A stretch of DNA of 32,000 nucleotides from the NCBI GenBank assembly GCA_963820505.1, contig CAWFZY010000005.1:418046-450045 (forward strand), read 5' to 3'. This document shows positions 31,953-32,000 of the stretch, piece by piece (the stretch's first letter is position 1; each line of letters opens with the position of its first letter). The DNA comes from an uncultured Nitrososphaerota archaeon. Its GTDB lineage: Archaea > Thermoproteota > Nitrososphaeria > Nitrososphaerales > Gagatemarchaeaceae. The position numbers were made by a program, and so were the translations under genes. The notes under the pieces were generated by a model. The model was not told where the DNA came from. It saw only the letters and a program-made list of their open reading frames with translations, and did not search any database.

Positions 31953-32000
31953 TCTTCTTAAGGCGCTGAAAGGGGGACCGGGACGCCTTGGACGAGACTC

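Noticed and set aside
1-32000. CRISPR arrays, rRNA genes, prophage or integrase genes, and defence-island-type genes (restriction, Cas, Argonaute and similar).
   Set aside because: No regularly spaced direct repeats, no rRNA-like sequence and no recognisable integrase or defence protein motifs were found on either strand. vapBC is the only toxin-antitoxin-type module.

Overview
High-GC (roughly 60%) chromosomal segment that I assign to an archaeon. The assignment rests on an intron-containing tRNA-Cys, A/T-rich TATA-like boxes about 25-35 nt upstream of often leaderless starts, a TrmB-family regulator, and a Cdv/ESCRT-III + Vps4 module. Lineage below that level cannot be resolved from the sequence alone.

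Gene order, left to right:
- Two tandem LLM (luciferase-like) oxidoreductases.
- A stress/xenobiotic-type group: VOC/glyoxalase, DUF1801, ArsR + SRPBCC, and a membrane-anchored SAM methyltransferase.
- A visibly AT-richer accessory stretch (about 4.7-11.2 kb). It carries vapBC, an ABC-2 exporter, MarR, a truncated MDR dehydrogenase gene interrupted by an IS630-family element, and a free-standing LAGLIDADG endonuclease gene. It ends at the 3' side of tRNA-Cys(GCA).
- An aa3-type heme-copper oxidase operon (subunits II, I, III, IV) followed by a membrane-anchored double cupredoxin.
- A DUF5679-like mini-protein upstream of cysS.
- A large (alpha/alpha)6 glycosidase-like gene.
- A ParA ATPase with an unusual partner protein, a C2H2 zinc-finger protein and a beta-CASP nuclease.
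- ileS and a metallophosphoesterase.
- A TrmB-family gene transcribed divergently from two ESCRT-III (CdvB-like) genes and Vps4/CdvC.

Main points worth a second look:
1. The ESCRT module has no CdvA in this window, but it has a divergent TrmB-like neighbour and a perfect palindrome in the shared intergenic region.
2. The protein downstream of ParA ends in a MinD-type amphipathic membrane-targeting sequence.
3. At least 10 apparent frameshifts are all in the +1 direction and all lie between about 13.7 and 24.0 kb. They hit essential genes (cysS, ileS), so they are most likely single-base insertion errors in the assembly. This needs read-level verification.
4. A short same-orientation intergenic repeat family punctuates the accessory region.
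5. IS630 sits exactly at the junction of the MDR gene fragment and the LAGLIDADG ORF.

Many long ORFs in the supplied track are antisense or out-of-frame artefacts of the high GC content.
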